Made by a program: the position numbers and the translations under genes. Shown here in pieces: positions 36,781 through 46,155 of a stretch of 64,000 bases of DNA. Location of the stretch: assembly GCA_041659045.1 (NCBI GenBank), contig JBAZZB010000001.1:582270-646269 (forward strand), in the 5' to 3' direction. Within the stretch, counting starts at the first letter, position 1. The number at the start of each line of letters is the position of its first letter. The stretch is from Patescibacteria group bacterium (lineage in GTDB: Bacteria > Patescibacteriota > Patescibacteriia > SG8-24 > DYFX01). The notes beneath the pieces are model-generated. The model saw only the letters and a program-made list of their open reading frames with translations, searched no databases and was not told the DNA's origin.

Positions 36781-38403
36781 TTATTTCTTGAGTGCCGCCT
36801 TGATGAACGCGTTGAAGAGCGGGTGCGGTCGGAGCGGGCGCGACAGGAATTCCGGATGGAACTGCACGCCGACGAAGAACGGATGATTCTTCAGCTCGAC
36901 GATTTCGACCAGGAGTCCGTCGGGCGAGGTACCAGAAATCGTGAGACCGGCTTTTTCGAGGCGCTCGCGATAGTCGTTGTTGAATTCGTAGCGATGGCGG
37001 TGGCGTTCAGAGATTTCGCGCTTGCCATAGGCGGCGCGAGCGTGGGTTTTGGGCGTCAGCACGCAGGGGTACGCACCAAGACGCATCGTGCCGCCGTATT
37101 TGCCTTTGCGTACGATCGCTTCCTGGTCCGGCATGATGTGAATGATCTGGTGCGCCGCGTTCGGATTTACCTCGGCGGTGTTAGCGTCTTCAAGACCGGC
37201 CACGTGGCGCGCGAATTCGATCGTGGCGAGCTGCATGCCGTAGCACAAGCCGAAGTACGGGATCTTCTTTTCGCGGGCGTAACGAATGACGTTGATCTTA
37301 CCTTCGATGCCGCGACTGCCAAAACCGCCGGGCACCAAAATTCCGTCGTATTTGGAAAGTTCTTTGAGCTTTTCGGGGTTCGATTCGAATTCAGCTGAGT
37401 CGAGCCAGTCGAGCTGCGGGTCGGAGTTGTTGTGCCAAGCCGCCGCTTTGACCGCTTCGATGACGGAAATGTAGGCGTCCGTCAGGTTGAAGTCGCCGCT
37501 TGAGAAATATTTTCCGACGATCGCGATCTTCACCGGTTTTTTCTCGGAGTGAATCGTCTTCACCAGCCTTGCCCAGTCTTTCAAGTCGACGCGGCGACGC
37601 TGACGCAAACCGAACTTCGACAAGATGCGCTTGCCGACCTGGTCGCGCTCGAAGTTGAGCGGCACGTCGTAAATGGAGGCGGCGTCTGGAGCGGAAATCA
37701 CGTCGCGCTCGTCGATCGAACAGAACTGCGAAAGCTTGCGCTTGCGCGGTTCGTCGAGCGGTTTAGCGGCACGCGCGATGATGAAGTCAGGCTGGATACC
37801 CGCCGAGTTCAGCGTGCGGACGGCGTACTGCGTCGGCTTGGTTTTCATCTCACCGAGGTTGTACGGGATCGGCAGATACGAGACGAGCACAAACAGTACG
37901 TCCTTCGGGTTCTTGAGACGCAACATGCGCGCCGCCTCGAGGAAGAGGATGTTCTGGTATTCCCCAACAGTGCCGCCAATTTCGACGAGGCAGATATCCG
38001 CCTTCGCTTCCTTAGCCGCGCGCTTCACGCGGCGGATGATTTCTTCTGGTACGTGTGGTACGACTTCGACCGTACGTCCGCCGTATTCCAAATTACGCTC
38101 GCGCTCGATGACTTCGCGGTAGATGCGTCCGGTCGTCATGTAGTTCACCGATGTGATGTCGGTGTCGAGGAAGCGTTCGTAGTTGCCGATGTCTTGATCG
38201 GTTTCATCGCCATCCTCCGTAACAAACACTTCTCCGTGTTCGACGGGATTCATCGTGCCAGCGTCGACGTTAATATACGGATCGATCTTCACCGCCGTGA
38301 CCCGGAACCCTTTCGACTGGAGAATGCGGCCGATCGAAGCCGTAGCCGTGCCCTTGCCGACACCGCTCATGACGCCACCGACGATGAAGATGAACTTAGA
38401 CAT
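36781..38403 (-). CDS. pyrG: CTP synthase
   Basis: 'GGVMSGVGKG', 'KIDPYINVDAGTM', 'KTKPTQ', 'GLCYGMQ', 'RHRHRYE', 'QFHPE'. Confidence 0.98.
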   Translation of the reverse strand: MSKFIFIVGGVMSGVGKGTATASIGRILQSKGFRVTAVKIDPYINVDAGTMNPVEHGEVFVTEDGDETDQDIGNYERFLDTDITSVNYMTTGRIYREVIERERNLEYGGRTVEVVPHVPEEIIRRVKRAAKEAKADICLVEIGGTVGEYQNILFLEAARMLRLKNPKDVLFVLVSYLPIPYNLGEMKTKPTQYAVRTLNSAGIQPDFIIARAAKPLDEPRKRKLSQFCSIDERDVISAPDAASIYDVPLNFERDQVGKRILSKFGLRQRRRVDLKDWARLVKTIHSEKKPVKIAIVGKYFSSGDFNLTDAYISVIEAVKAAAWHNNSDPQLDWLDSAEFESNPEKLKELSKYDGILVPGGFGSRGIEGKINVIRYAREKKIPYFGLCYGMQLATIEFARHVAGLEDANTAEVNPNAAHQIIHIMPDQEAIVRKGKYGGTMRLGAYPCVLTPKTHARAAYGKREISERHRHRYEFNNDYRERLEKAGLTISGTSPDGLLVEIVELKNHPFFVGVQFHPEFLSRPLRPHPLFNAFIKAALKK

Positions 38404-38414
38404 GCGAGAAACGT

Positions 38415-39035
38415 TTAGGTTCGAGGTTTGTCGTTTTTGGGCTTTGCGCCGGAGGCAGCGCCTCCTCTTTCAGGTGAGACATCAGAAGCTGGCGGTTTTC
38501 GAACACCGAGCGTGATGAGTGCTTTCTCGAGCACGGGACGCACGTCCTCATAACTCGATTTCGACATCGCTTCTCGCGGATCGACCCAGATGATCTGACG
38601 GATCTTTTCGTGCTTTTGCGGAGAGCCCCACTCCCCCGCGGGGGCTTCCATCAAAAAGTAATGCACGAATTTATGCACGAGCATGCCTTTGCTTCCAGGC
38701 CGGTATTTCTCGCGAAACCAGAAATCGATCGTGCCGAGCGGCAGTCGTAGTTTGAGTCCACGCAATGCCATTTCTTCGGCGGTTTCGCGAAGCGCCGCTT
38801 GCTCGATCGTCTCCCCCGGCTCAACGTGCCCTTTGGCGAACGTCCATTTGCTGAACGGGTCAAGCATGAGTGACATCTTCAAGCCCTTGCGCGTGCGCTT
38901 GTAGACGATGCCACCCGCAGAAATTTCGACCTGCACGCGCGGCGGGCCTTTCCTCCGAACACGGCTCCGGCGAGGATCAGGTCGGTGCTTACGGTGCGAC
39001 GGCGTGGCAGGTGTTTGTGGCTGCTGGGGCTCCAT
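38415..39035 (-). CDS. NUDIX hydrolase
   Basis: Nudix box 'KGHVEPGETIEQAALRETAEE'; 'SAGGIV'. Confidence 0.9.
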   Translation of the reverse strand: MEPQQPQTPATPSHRKHRPDPRRSRVRRKGPPRVQVEISAGGIVYKRTRKGLKMSLMLDPFSKWTFAKGHVEPGETIEQAALRETAEEMALRGLKLRLPLGTIDFWFREKYRPGSKGMLVHKFVHYFLMEAPAGEWGSPQKHEKIRQIIWVDPREAMSKSSYEDVRPVLEKALITLGVRKPPASDVSPERGGAASGAKPKNDKPRT

Positions 39036-39036
39036 A

Positions 39037-40320
39037 CTATTTTCTTGAAGTCTTTTTCGGAGCCGGTGGCGGCACAACACCATCGAACCAAGCCTTGGCA
39101 GCCTCAAGCTGCGGGTCACGATCATTCTCGTAATCCTCTTCCGTGCGCTCAACAACGTAGTCGGGCGTGATGCCGTTCACGTTGATGTTGTTGCCTTTCG
39201 GAGTCAGCCATTCAGCAATCGTAAGCTTGACCGAGGAACCGTCGCCCAGATCGATCAAGTCCTGGACGGAGCCCTTGCCGAAGGTTTGCGTACCGATCAA
39301 CACACCTTTGCCGAGATCCTGAAGCGCGCCCGCAACGATTTCCGAAGCGGAAGCCGAGCCGCCGTTCACCAAGACAAGCGTAGGAATATCTTTAAGACGT
39401 CCGCGACCGGTCGCTTCATGCGTGTCGCTCGTGCCATCCGAGAAGCGTTCGGAAACGGCTGTTTCTCCCGGGACCCACTCGCCGAGCATCTGCACGGACA
39501 CATCCAAGTAGCCTCCAGGATTGTTGCGAAGATCGAGCACGATGCCGTCGATGTCGCGTCCGCGAATTTGCGTCACGGCATCCAAGAAGCGATCAAACGT
39601 ATCACCATTGAAATTCGTGACCGTGATGACAGCGAGCTTCTTCCCTTTCGCAGAAGTAACGAACGTCGCCTTCACGCTTTGAATGGCAATCGTGTCGCGC
39701 GTGATCGTGAAGATACGTGGTGATGTTTCATTGCCGCGCAGAATGGTCAGCTTCACCTTCGTGCCTTTGTCGCCGCGAATATGACTGACCGCGAAGTCGA
39801 GCGACATGCCGAACGTATCCTCTTCGTCGATCGCGACAATATGATCGCCGGCTTTGAGTCCGGCTTTCTCGGCCGGGGAACCGGAGAGCGGTGCTACGAT
39901 CACCAACTCTTCTTTCTTCATGCCGATTTCGGCGCCAATACCTTCAAACTTTCCGGAAAGCTGCTTGGTGAATTCTTCGGATTCAACCGGTTCGAAGAAC
40001 ATCGAGTGCGGATCGCCGAGGGACGCCACCATACCGCGCAGAGCACCATAGTACATCTGCTTTTCGTCGACAGGCTGCTTGACATAACGATCCTGAATAA
40101 CGGACCAGAGGTCCCAGAACTGTTCGAAATCAACCGTGCCGCCGGAACGATCAAGTTCGGCGTTTACGAATTCAATACTGCCGGAAGCGGAACTGGTTGG
40201 GCCACGCGAGGCGCGTCCCGCACCCATGCGGTAGCCCCACAGGAAAGACGCGACAACAAAGACCAGCGCCAGGTAAACGCCGACGGCTTTTCGCGCGCGA
40301 TTGTTTTCTGGAATATTCAT
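39037..40320 (-). CDS. ctpA: S41 C-terminal processing peptidase with PDZ domain
   Basis: 'GIGAEI' PDZ, 'LDLRNNPGG', 'SASASEI', 'TFGKGSVQ'. Confidence 0.93.
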   Translation of the reverse strand: MNIPENNRARKAVGVYLALVFVVASFLWGYRMGAGRASRGPTSSASGSIEFVNAELDRSGGTVDFEQFWDLWSVIQDRYVKQPVDEKQMYYGALRGMVASLGDPHSMFFEPVESEEFTKQLSGKFEGIGAEIGMKKEELVIVAPLSGSPAEKAGLKAGDHIVAIDEEDTFGMSLDFAVSHIRGDKGTKVKLTILRGNETSPRIFTITRDTIAIQSVKATFVTSAKGKKLAVITVTNFNGDTFDRFLDAVTQIRGRDIDGIVLDLRNNPGGYLDVSVQMLGEWVPGETAVSERFSDGTSDTHEATGRGRLKDIPTLVLVNGGSASASEIVAGALQDLGKGVLIGTQTFGKGSVQDLIDLGDGSSVKLTIAEWLTPKGNNINVNGITPDYVVERTEEDYENDRDPQLEAAKAWFDGVVPPPAPKKTSRK

Positions 40321-41594
40321 GCGTGATCTTCTTCGCGGATGATTACTGCGCCAACCTCGGCAAAGCGCGCTTCGATGCGCTCGTAACCGCGATCGATGAT
40401 TTCAGCTTCATGGAGCACGGTTTCGCCGTCGGCGAGGATGCCGGCCAAAAGCAGCGTGACGCCCGCGCGCAGGTCCAAACTACGGATTTCCCGACCATAG
40501 AGAGGGGTCGGCCCCGAGATCAGGACACGGTGAGGGTCACAGACGGTGGCATTCGCTCCCATCTTAACCAATTCTTGGATGAAACCGAAACGCCCCTCGT
40601 ACAGAGGTTCCTGGATCAAGCTCGTACCAACGCATTGCGTGGCCAAGACGCCAAAAGGCGCCATGAGATCGGTCGGGAGTCCAGGGTACGGCAATGACTG
40701 ATATTTATTAGCACCGCTGAGCGCAGAGAGCGTTCCTGGAGCCGTAACACGAATCGTGTCACTTCCGACTTCGACCACCGCTCCAATCGCACGGAGGCGC
40801 TGCGTGACGATATCGAGATGATCGGGTCGTACGCGCTCGATCGTAAGATCGCCGCGCGTGAGCGCCGCCGCCACCATGAACGTACCAGCTTCGATCTGGT
40901 CGGGAATAATTTCATGCTCTGCGCCATGCAGACGCTCGACACCGTCGATATGAATCGTGTGCGTGCCGTGACCTTGGATCCGTGCACCCATCTTGTTCAA
41001 GAAATCGCCGAGATCCTCGACATGAGGTTCTGCGGCCGCGAGTTTGATGGTCGTACGCCCCTTCGCCGTCGAAGCAGCCATCATCAAATTTTCCGTCGCG
41101 GTGACAGAAAATTCTGGCAACACAACTTCGCGACCGATGAGTCCAGTCGAACGCAAGAGATACCCTTCCGCTCCGCGCTCGCAGGTCGCTCCAATCGAGG
41201 TGAGCGCCACGAGATGTGTGTCGAGCGGACGATTGCCAATAATGCAGCCGCCCGGCTCCGGCAATTCCATTTCATGAAAACGCGAGAGCATCGGTCCCAA
41301 AAACAAAACCGACGAACGCATGCTGCGCATCGCCTTACGATCCAGTTTCGCCGGATCAGCGTTCCGCGGATCAATCTTCAACTCGTGGTCTCCATTCCAA
41401 GCAACCGTGACTCCGAGACTTCGGAGAATGTCGAGCATGCGCTCAACATCGCGGATGCGAGGAACGTTCTTTAAGACGCACGGTTCGTCCGTGAGCAGCG
41501 TCGCTGCCAGGATCGGCGTAGCGGCGTTCTTCATACCCGCCACCTGAAGCCGACCGCGGAGCTTTTTTCCGCCTTGAATTCGCAATCGGCTCAT
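40317..41594 (-). CDS. murA: UDP-N-acetylglucosamine 1-carboxyvinyltransferase
   Basis: 'KNAATP', 'PGGCIIGNRP', 'SVTATEN', 'PDQIEAGT', 'DLRAG', 'IDRGYE'. Confidence 0.96.
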   Translation of the reverse strand: MSRLRIQGGKKLRGRLQVAGMKNAATPILAATLLTDEPCVLKNVPRIRDVERMLDILRSLGVTVAWNGDHELKIDPRNADPAKLDRKAMRSMRSSVLFLGPMLSRFHEMELPEPGGCIIGNRPLDTHLVALTSIGATCERGAEGYLLRSTGLIGREVVLPEFSVTATENLMMAASTAKGRTTIKLAAAEPHVEDLGDFLNKMGARIQGHGTHTIHIDGVERLHGAEHEIIPDQIEAGTFMVAAALTRGDLTIERVRPDHLDIVTQRLRAIGAVVEVGSDTIRVTAPGTLSALSGANKYQSLPYPGLPTDLMAPFGVLATQCVGTSLIQEPLYEGRFGFIQELVKMGANATVCDPHRVLISGPTPLYGREIRSLDLRAGVTLLLAGILADGETVLHEAEIIDRGYERIEARFAEVGAVIIREEDHA

Positions 41595-41627
41595 AGTACG
41601 ATTTGGTCGGTGCTAGCATACTCCGCC

Positions 41628-42965
41628 ATGAACCCACGCGCAAGACAATTTCTCAGCTGGACGTTCATCGTGACGTTCTTCCTGCTCGCCCCGGCCGTCA
41701 TCCTGTCAACGGCCGGGTATCGTTATAATTTCACGCGCGGGCGCCTTGAACGTACGGGGGTCGTCGTCGTCGAAACCAGGCCAGCAGGAGCCAGTATTAG
41801 CCTGAATAACAAGCCGCAAAAGACGGAAACCCCAACACAGATCAGTAAGGTTACGCCGGGCACATATACCGTACGTGTCGAAAAGGCCAACTATCACCCC
41901 TGGACAAAAACCGTGACCGTCGGCAGCCGAGAGTCGGTCTTTTTGAACCAAATCTCGCTTTTTAGGACCGAAGCGCCTACCTCCATCAAGACACTTGGCA
42001 CTCCTGCCGCTACGGCCTTTTCGAATGATGTGCGCTACGGCGCTGTCGTCGCTTCCGCCTCGTCCGGCTCCGAACTCAGCGTTATCGACACAAAAATTGG
42101 TACGGCCTATCTTCCCTATCGCTCCAGCGCTCCCGCAACTTCATTCCGCCTGCACTGGTCTCCAAACGGACGAACCTTGCTGATTGAACGCGCCGGTAAA
42201 AGCCCATTGTTCCTGCTTTGGAGCGCCAACGATCCGGAGCGCGTTCGCGATCTCTTGAAGGAGGCCGAGATCATCTTCACTGAAGTCTTTTGGGCACAGG
42301 ACACTGATCGCCTCTACGGCGTCGCAAAGAACACGCTGTACCAAATCGACGCCGAACTACTCGCTGCCGTCGATGTCGGACCTTCCATTACGGCACCTGT
42401 CATCGCCAATGACACGCTCTACGGCATTCTCGACAAGGACGCTCCGACACTGGTGAGGCGCCGCTTGCGCGACACGACGACCGAGACCATTGCTCAACTC
42501 CCCTCCTCCAAGTACGTGCCGGTTGCCGGAAACGGAAAGAAAATCACCTACGCTTCGCTTTCCGGCGATCGTTTGTTTACGATCGATCCTTCCGGCGACC
42601 GACCGACGGCTTTCGAAGGACGAGGCCACGATGGCGTCTGGTCAACCGATGGTTCACGCTTGCTGTACTGGAGCGATTTGGAAATCCGCATCTACGACGC
42701 CCGTTCCGGAACGGACGAACTTATCGACAGATTGAGCGAATCCATCACACAGGCGTCATGGCAGCGTCCGGAGTGGACCGCACTTTACGCCGTTGGCGAC
42801 TCCATCTTCAGCATTGAAACAACGGACCGTTTCGGACGTATCACGCTTCCGATCATCGAATTCCAAAAGCTGTACCGCTTCGCGATCAGCACGAACGGCG
42901 ACACCGCGTTTATCTTCGGCATGCAGGGCGGAGAAAACGGCCTTTGGAAGCTACGGCTGCGTTAA
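41628..42965 (+). CDS. PEGA-domain membrane protein with beta-propeller
   Basis: TM, 'GYRYN', 'TRPAGASISLN...PGTYTVRVEKANYHPWTK' PEGA; 'WSPNG' and 'WSTDG' repeats. Confidence 0.85.
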   Translation: MNPRARQFLSWTFIVTFFLLAPAVILSTAGYRYNFTRGRLERTGVVVVETRPAGASISLNNKPQKTETPTQISKVTPGTYTVRVEKANYHPWTKTVTVGSRESVFLNQISLFRTEAPTSIKTLGTPAATAFSNDVRYGAVVASASSGSELSVIDTKIGTAYLPYRSSAPATSFRLHWSPNGRTLLIERAGKSPLFLLWSANDPERVRDLLKEAEIIFTEVFWAQDTDRLYGVAKNTLYQIDAELLAAVDVGPSITAPVIANDTLYGILDKDAPTLVRRRLRDTTTETIAQLPSSKYVPVAGNGKKITYASLSGDRLFTIDPSGDRPTAFEGRGHDGVWSTDGSRLLYWSDLEIRIYDARSGTDELIDRLSESITQASWQRPEWTALYAVGDSIFSIETTDRFGRITLPIIEFQKLYRFAISTNGDTAFIFGMQGGENGLWKLRLR

Positions 42966-42967
42966 AT

Positions 42968-42999
42968 AAAAACACCCCAACGCATGTCGGGGTGTTTTT
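42968..42999. terminator. Bidirectional terminator
   Basis: AAAAACACCCC...GGGGTGTTTTT between convergent genes. Confidence 0.8.
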
Positions 43000-44072
43000 T
43001 AAATCTCTACAACAGCATTGTCGCCGATCACGAGCTTGTGACCCAGCGGCAGCGTGGCATGCGCAGAGGAAATCGTCGCGTTCGCGCCGATCAAGCTGTC
43101 GACGATACGCTTCGAGCAATTGATATCGACATCTTCAAAGATGACAGAGTGTTCGATTTCGGTGTTGTAGATTTCGACACCGCGTCCGATGGACGTGTAC
43201 GGGCCGATGTACGAATTTTCGATTTTGCAATTCTCGCCAATCACGACTGGTCCACGGATCAAGACTTTCGGTCCGATCACGGTACCTTTGCCGATCGAAA
43301 CCTTGCCTTGGATCACGGCCGTTGTATCAATCTCCGCGCCTTCGCGGCCTTCGTCGGCCATTTCATTCAGAAGCAGCTGATTGCCTTCCAGCAGGTCTTC
43401 GGGCTTGCCGGTGTCTTTCCACCAACCCGTGATCTCCTCGTAACCGACCGATTTTCCGTTTTCAATCAGCCAGGTATGAATGTCGGAGATTTCGTACTCC
43501 CCTCGCGACGACGGCTTAATGTGCGCGAACGCTTCGAAAAACGTCTTGTCGTACACGTAAATGCCGGTAACGGCATAGTCGCTTTTCGGTTCTGACGGCT
43601 TCTCGTCAACGCGAACAATGCGTCCACCTTCAATCTGCGGCACGCCGAAGCGCTGAGGATCTTTCACTTTGGAAAGCGCCAGGACGCAGTTGAGTTTTTC
43701 CGTTTCAAATTTTTCTACGAAACGCTTCAAGCTACCGAGGATGATGTTGTCGCCGAGATAAAAAACGAACGACTCATCACCCAAAAAATCCCTGGCATTG
43801 TTGACGACGTGGGCGATACCGAGCGGGCCGCCCTTCTGTTCGATAAAAACAATCTTCACGCCCCAGCGTGCACCGTCGCCGACAGCCTTCTGCATTTCTT
43901 CTTCTCCGGGGTTGACGCTGATACCAATTTCTTTGATGCCAACCGCGACGAGTTTTTCGATGGCGTAAAAGATCATTGGCTTGTTGGCCAATGGAATCAG
44001 GTGCTTATTGATCGTGTGCGTGATGGGTCGGAGCCGCGTTGCGCGGCCGCCCGCCGTGATCAAAGCTTTCAT
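42999..44072 (-). CDS. rmlA: Glucose-1-phosphate thymidylyltransferase, long form
   Basis: 'AGGRATRLRP', 'KHLIPLANKP', 'YLGDN', 'EKP', 'RGEYEI', 'WKDTG', C-terminal beta-helix. Confidence 0.9.
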   Translation of the reverse strand: MKALITAGGRATRLRPITHTINKHLIPLANKPMIFYAIEKLVAVGIKEIGISVNPGEEEMQKAVGDGARWGVKIVFIEQKGGPLGIAHVVNNARDFLGDESFVFYLGDNIILGSLKRFVEKFETEKLNCVLALSKVKDPQRFGVPQIEGGRIVRVDEKPSEPKSDYAVTGIYVYDKTFFEAFAHIKPSSRGEYEISDIHTWLIENGKSVGYEEITGWWKDTGKPEDLLEGNQLLLNEMADEGREGAEIDTTAVIQGKVSIGKGTVIGPKVLIRGPVVIGENCKIENSYIGPYTSIGRGVEIYNTEIEHSVIFEDVDINCSKRIVDSLIGANATISSAHATLPLGHKLVIGDNAVVEI

Positions 44073-44144
44073 ACTCGCTCTTAACGCTAGCAGAAATGCC
44101 TTTGTTCGTAAAGGTGGGAACGGCACCAAACAAAAAACCGAGTC

Positions 44145-44582
44145 CTAGGAAGACTCGGACGAATCGCAGGCACAGGGTTTGGCGCTGACAGACTCATCAG
44201 GCCGATACAGCGTTGACGCGATCGAGAGCAGAAGAGCACCGGGGCTCAACTGCAAGCGGTGCCAGACGCCGGACGGGATGAGCAGACCGAGCTCTGGACG
44301 ATCGAGCCACACGTCGCCGCAAACACCCTCAGCGTGCAGCTCAAACCTGATCCGACCCGCAAGCGCGACGAGCAACTCACGCTTGCCGCCTTCTGGGTGA
44401 TAGTGGCCGCCGCGCGTGATCCAGTCCGAACCATCGTTGCGGATCCAATAGACGCGCGGAGCCGCATCATTCGGAAAGAAGCCAGCCGCGATCTTGGCGG
44501 GCTCGACGATCGTCAGAAGACCCGGCTTGCCGGGCGTGCGTACGTTCTGAAAAGACACGATCTTCCAAGGCACCTCGGACAT
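44145..44582 (-). CDS. FdtA/QdtA-like cupin (dTDP-sugar 3,4-ketoisomerase-like)
   Basis: 'RVYW', 'RGGHYH', 'GLLIPSGVWH', 'LLSIASTLY'; AAGGAGG SD. Confidence 0.8.
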   Translation of the reverse strand: MSEVPWKIVSFQNVRTPGKPGLLTIVEPAKIAAGFFPNDAAPRVYWIRNDGSDWITRGGHYHPEGGKRELLVALAGRIRFELHAEGVCGDVWLDRPELGLLIPSGVWHRLQLSPGALLLSIASTLYRPDESVSAKPCACDSSESS

Positions 44583-44649
44583 GAGCCATCCTCCTTGGAC
44601 CAAAAGGGATCCAAAAGAAGTTCAGCAACTTTTCAGAGAAAAGTCAACC

Positions 44650-45708
44650 CTACACCTCATCGATCTTTTCGACCGTAGAGCGGAATTCTTTTTTGTAGAT
44701 ATCAATCAATGCGATCGTGACGGACAGCACAATAGGGCCAAAGAAAATGCCGTAGGCGCCGAAGAACTGTAGGCCACCAAGGATCGAGAGCAAGATCAGC
44801 ATCGGATGAATCTTGATGCGGGAGCGCATGACTTGCGGCGTCAGGAAATTGTCGACGAGTCCGATGATCAGCATGCTGATCACCGCAAGTGCCAAACCGG
44901 ACCACAAGCGCCCGACGGCAAACAAGTAGATCGTGAACGGCACGGTCACGAGTGCGGTGCCGATAGCGGGAATGAAGTTCGTCATCGCAATCATCGAGCC
45001 CCAGAAGACGGGGGCCGGCAAACCAAGGGCCACGAAGGCGACGCCGCCGACAAAGCCTTTGATGAGCGAAACAACAAATTGGCCATACGCCACGGCCTTG
45101 ATTGCGTCCATGATGCGATCAATGATTGTTGTGTCGTCTTCGTCGCCCAAGGGCGAGAGATCGAGAAGCTGGCGCTTGAATTCTCCGCCATCCTTGAGCA
45201 AGTAGTACATGCCCATGAGGAGAATGAAGAAGCCGAGGACAAACGCGAAGGTATCGGCGAAAAGGGCGGCGATGTTCGAGGTCAGACTTGAAATGACGGG
45301 CTGCACGTAGGAGGCGACGTCACGTACGGCGCGTGTGGCTTCAGCCGCGATCAGGCTCGCTTGTTCCGGCCCGAGAATCTTCGCCAAGGAATCAGCGACG
45401 TCTTCGAAGCTCACTTGTTGACGCACCGTGTTGAAGAGCTGCACTGCTTCCGTCACCATCGTGCCGACGATGAAGAGCAGCGGCATGAGGATCAAGACCA
45501 GCGTTAGAAAGACCGTCGCAAGGGCCGCAAACATCGAGTTGCCACGGAAGTGCTTACGCAAATAGCGATACACCGGCTGCATCAAAACCGCCAAGATGCC
45601 GGAGAAGACCATCAGACTGAGGTACGGACGGAACACCAAGAAGGCCACGACGAGTGTCAGGGCGAAGACCGCCATGAAGAAGTAGACCTGCAGTCTGCGG
45701 TAGCTCAT
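44650..45708 (-). CDS. AI-2E family transporter
   Basis: 'YYLLKDG', 'FIPAIGT', 'DNFLTP', 'HPMLILLSILGG', 'GIFFGP'. Confidence 0.92.
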   Translation of the reverse strand: MSYRRLQVYFFMAVFALTLVVAFLVFRPYLSLMVFSGILAVLMQPVYRYLRKHFRGNSMFAALATVFLTLVLILMPLLFIVGTMVTEAVQLFNTVRQQVSFEDVADSLAKILGPEQASLIAAEATRAVRDVASYVQPVISSLTSNIAALFADTFAFVLGFFILLMGMYYLLKDGGEFKRQLLDLSPLGDEDDTTIIDRIMDAIKAVAYGQFVVSLIKGFVGGVAFVALGLPAPVFWGSMIAMTNFIPAIGTALVTVPFTIYLFAVGRLWSGLALAVISMLIIGLVDNFLTPQVMRSRIKIHPMLILLSILGGLQFFGAYGIFFGPIVLSVTIALIDIYKKEFRSTVEKIDEV

Positions 45709-45748
45709 ATCTCCTGCAGTATAGCATAAAAAATAAAACCGCCCTGAT

Positions 45749-46057
45749 TCAGGCGGCGTCGACAGGTAGGTTCTTCGGCAAGTAGCCGAACTTCTGGAGG
45801 TTCTGTATGTGCTTTGCGCCTTCCGCGCGAGACCGCTCATAGCGAGCCTGTTCCCACTTGGGGACGTGCAAGCCATGCTCCCCCTCCATGGCGTAGCCTG
45901 CGAAGACAACGAGGCCGACGGCCGCGATGACGGTTAGCAGGCAGATCGTCGCCATGAGAAAACCGCCGATCAGCCCCATGGAGGCATAGGCGATAACCGC
46001 GACGATGGTCCAAGGAGCGTACGCACCCTCTCTGCGCTTTTCGACTTCGACGGTCAT
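45749..46057 (-). CDS. Hypothetical two-TM protein
   Basis: Two hydrophobic segments; promoter TTGACG-17-TACCGT (46107-46135); start uncertain. Confidence 0.55.
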   Translation of the reverse strand: MTVEVEKRREGAYAPWTIVAVIAYASMGLIGGFLMATICLLTVIAAVGLVVFAGYAMEGEHGLHVPKWEQARYERSRAEGAKHIQNLQKFGYLPKNLPVDAA

Positions 46058-46155
46058 GGAAATAGGCTCACTTTCTACCCCGCCTCCAGGCGGGACGATG
46101 GAAACGACGGTATCAAAAAAGCCCCATTTCGTCAAGATAGGGGCCCTTTCGTCGC

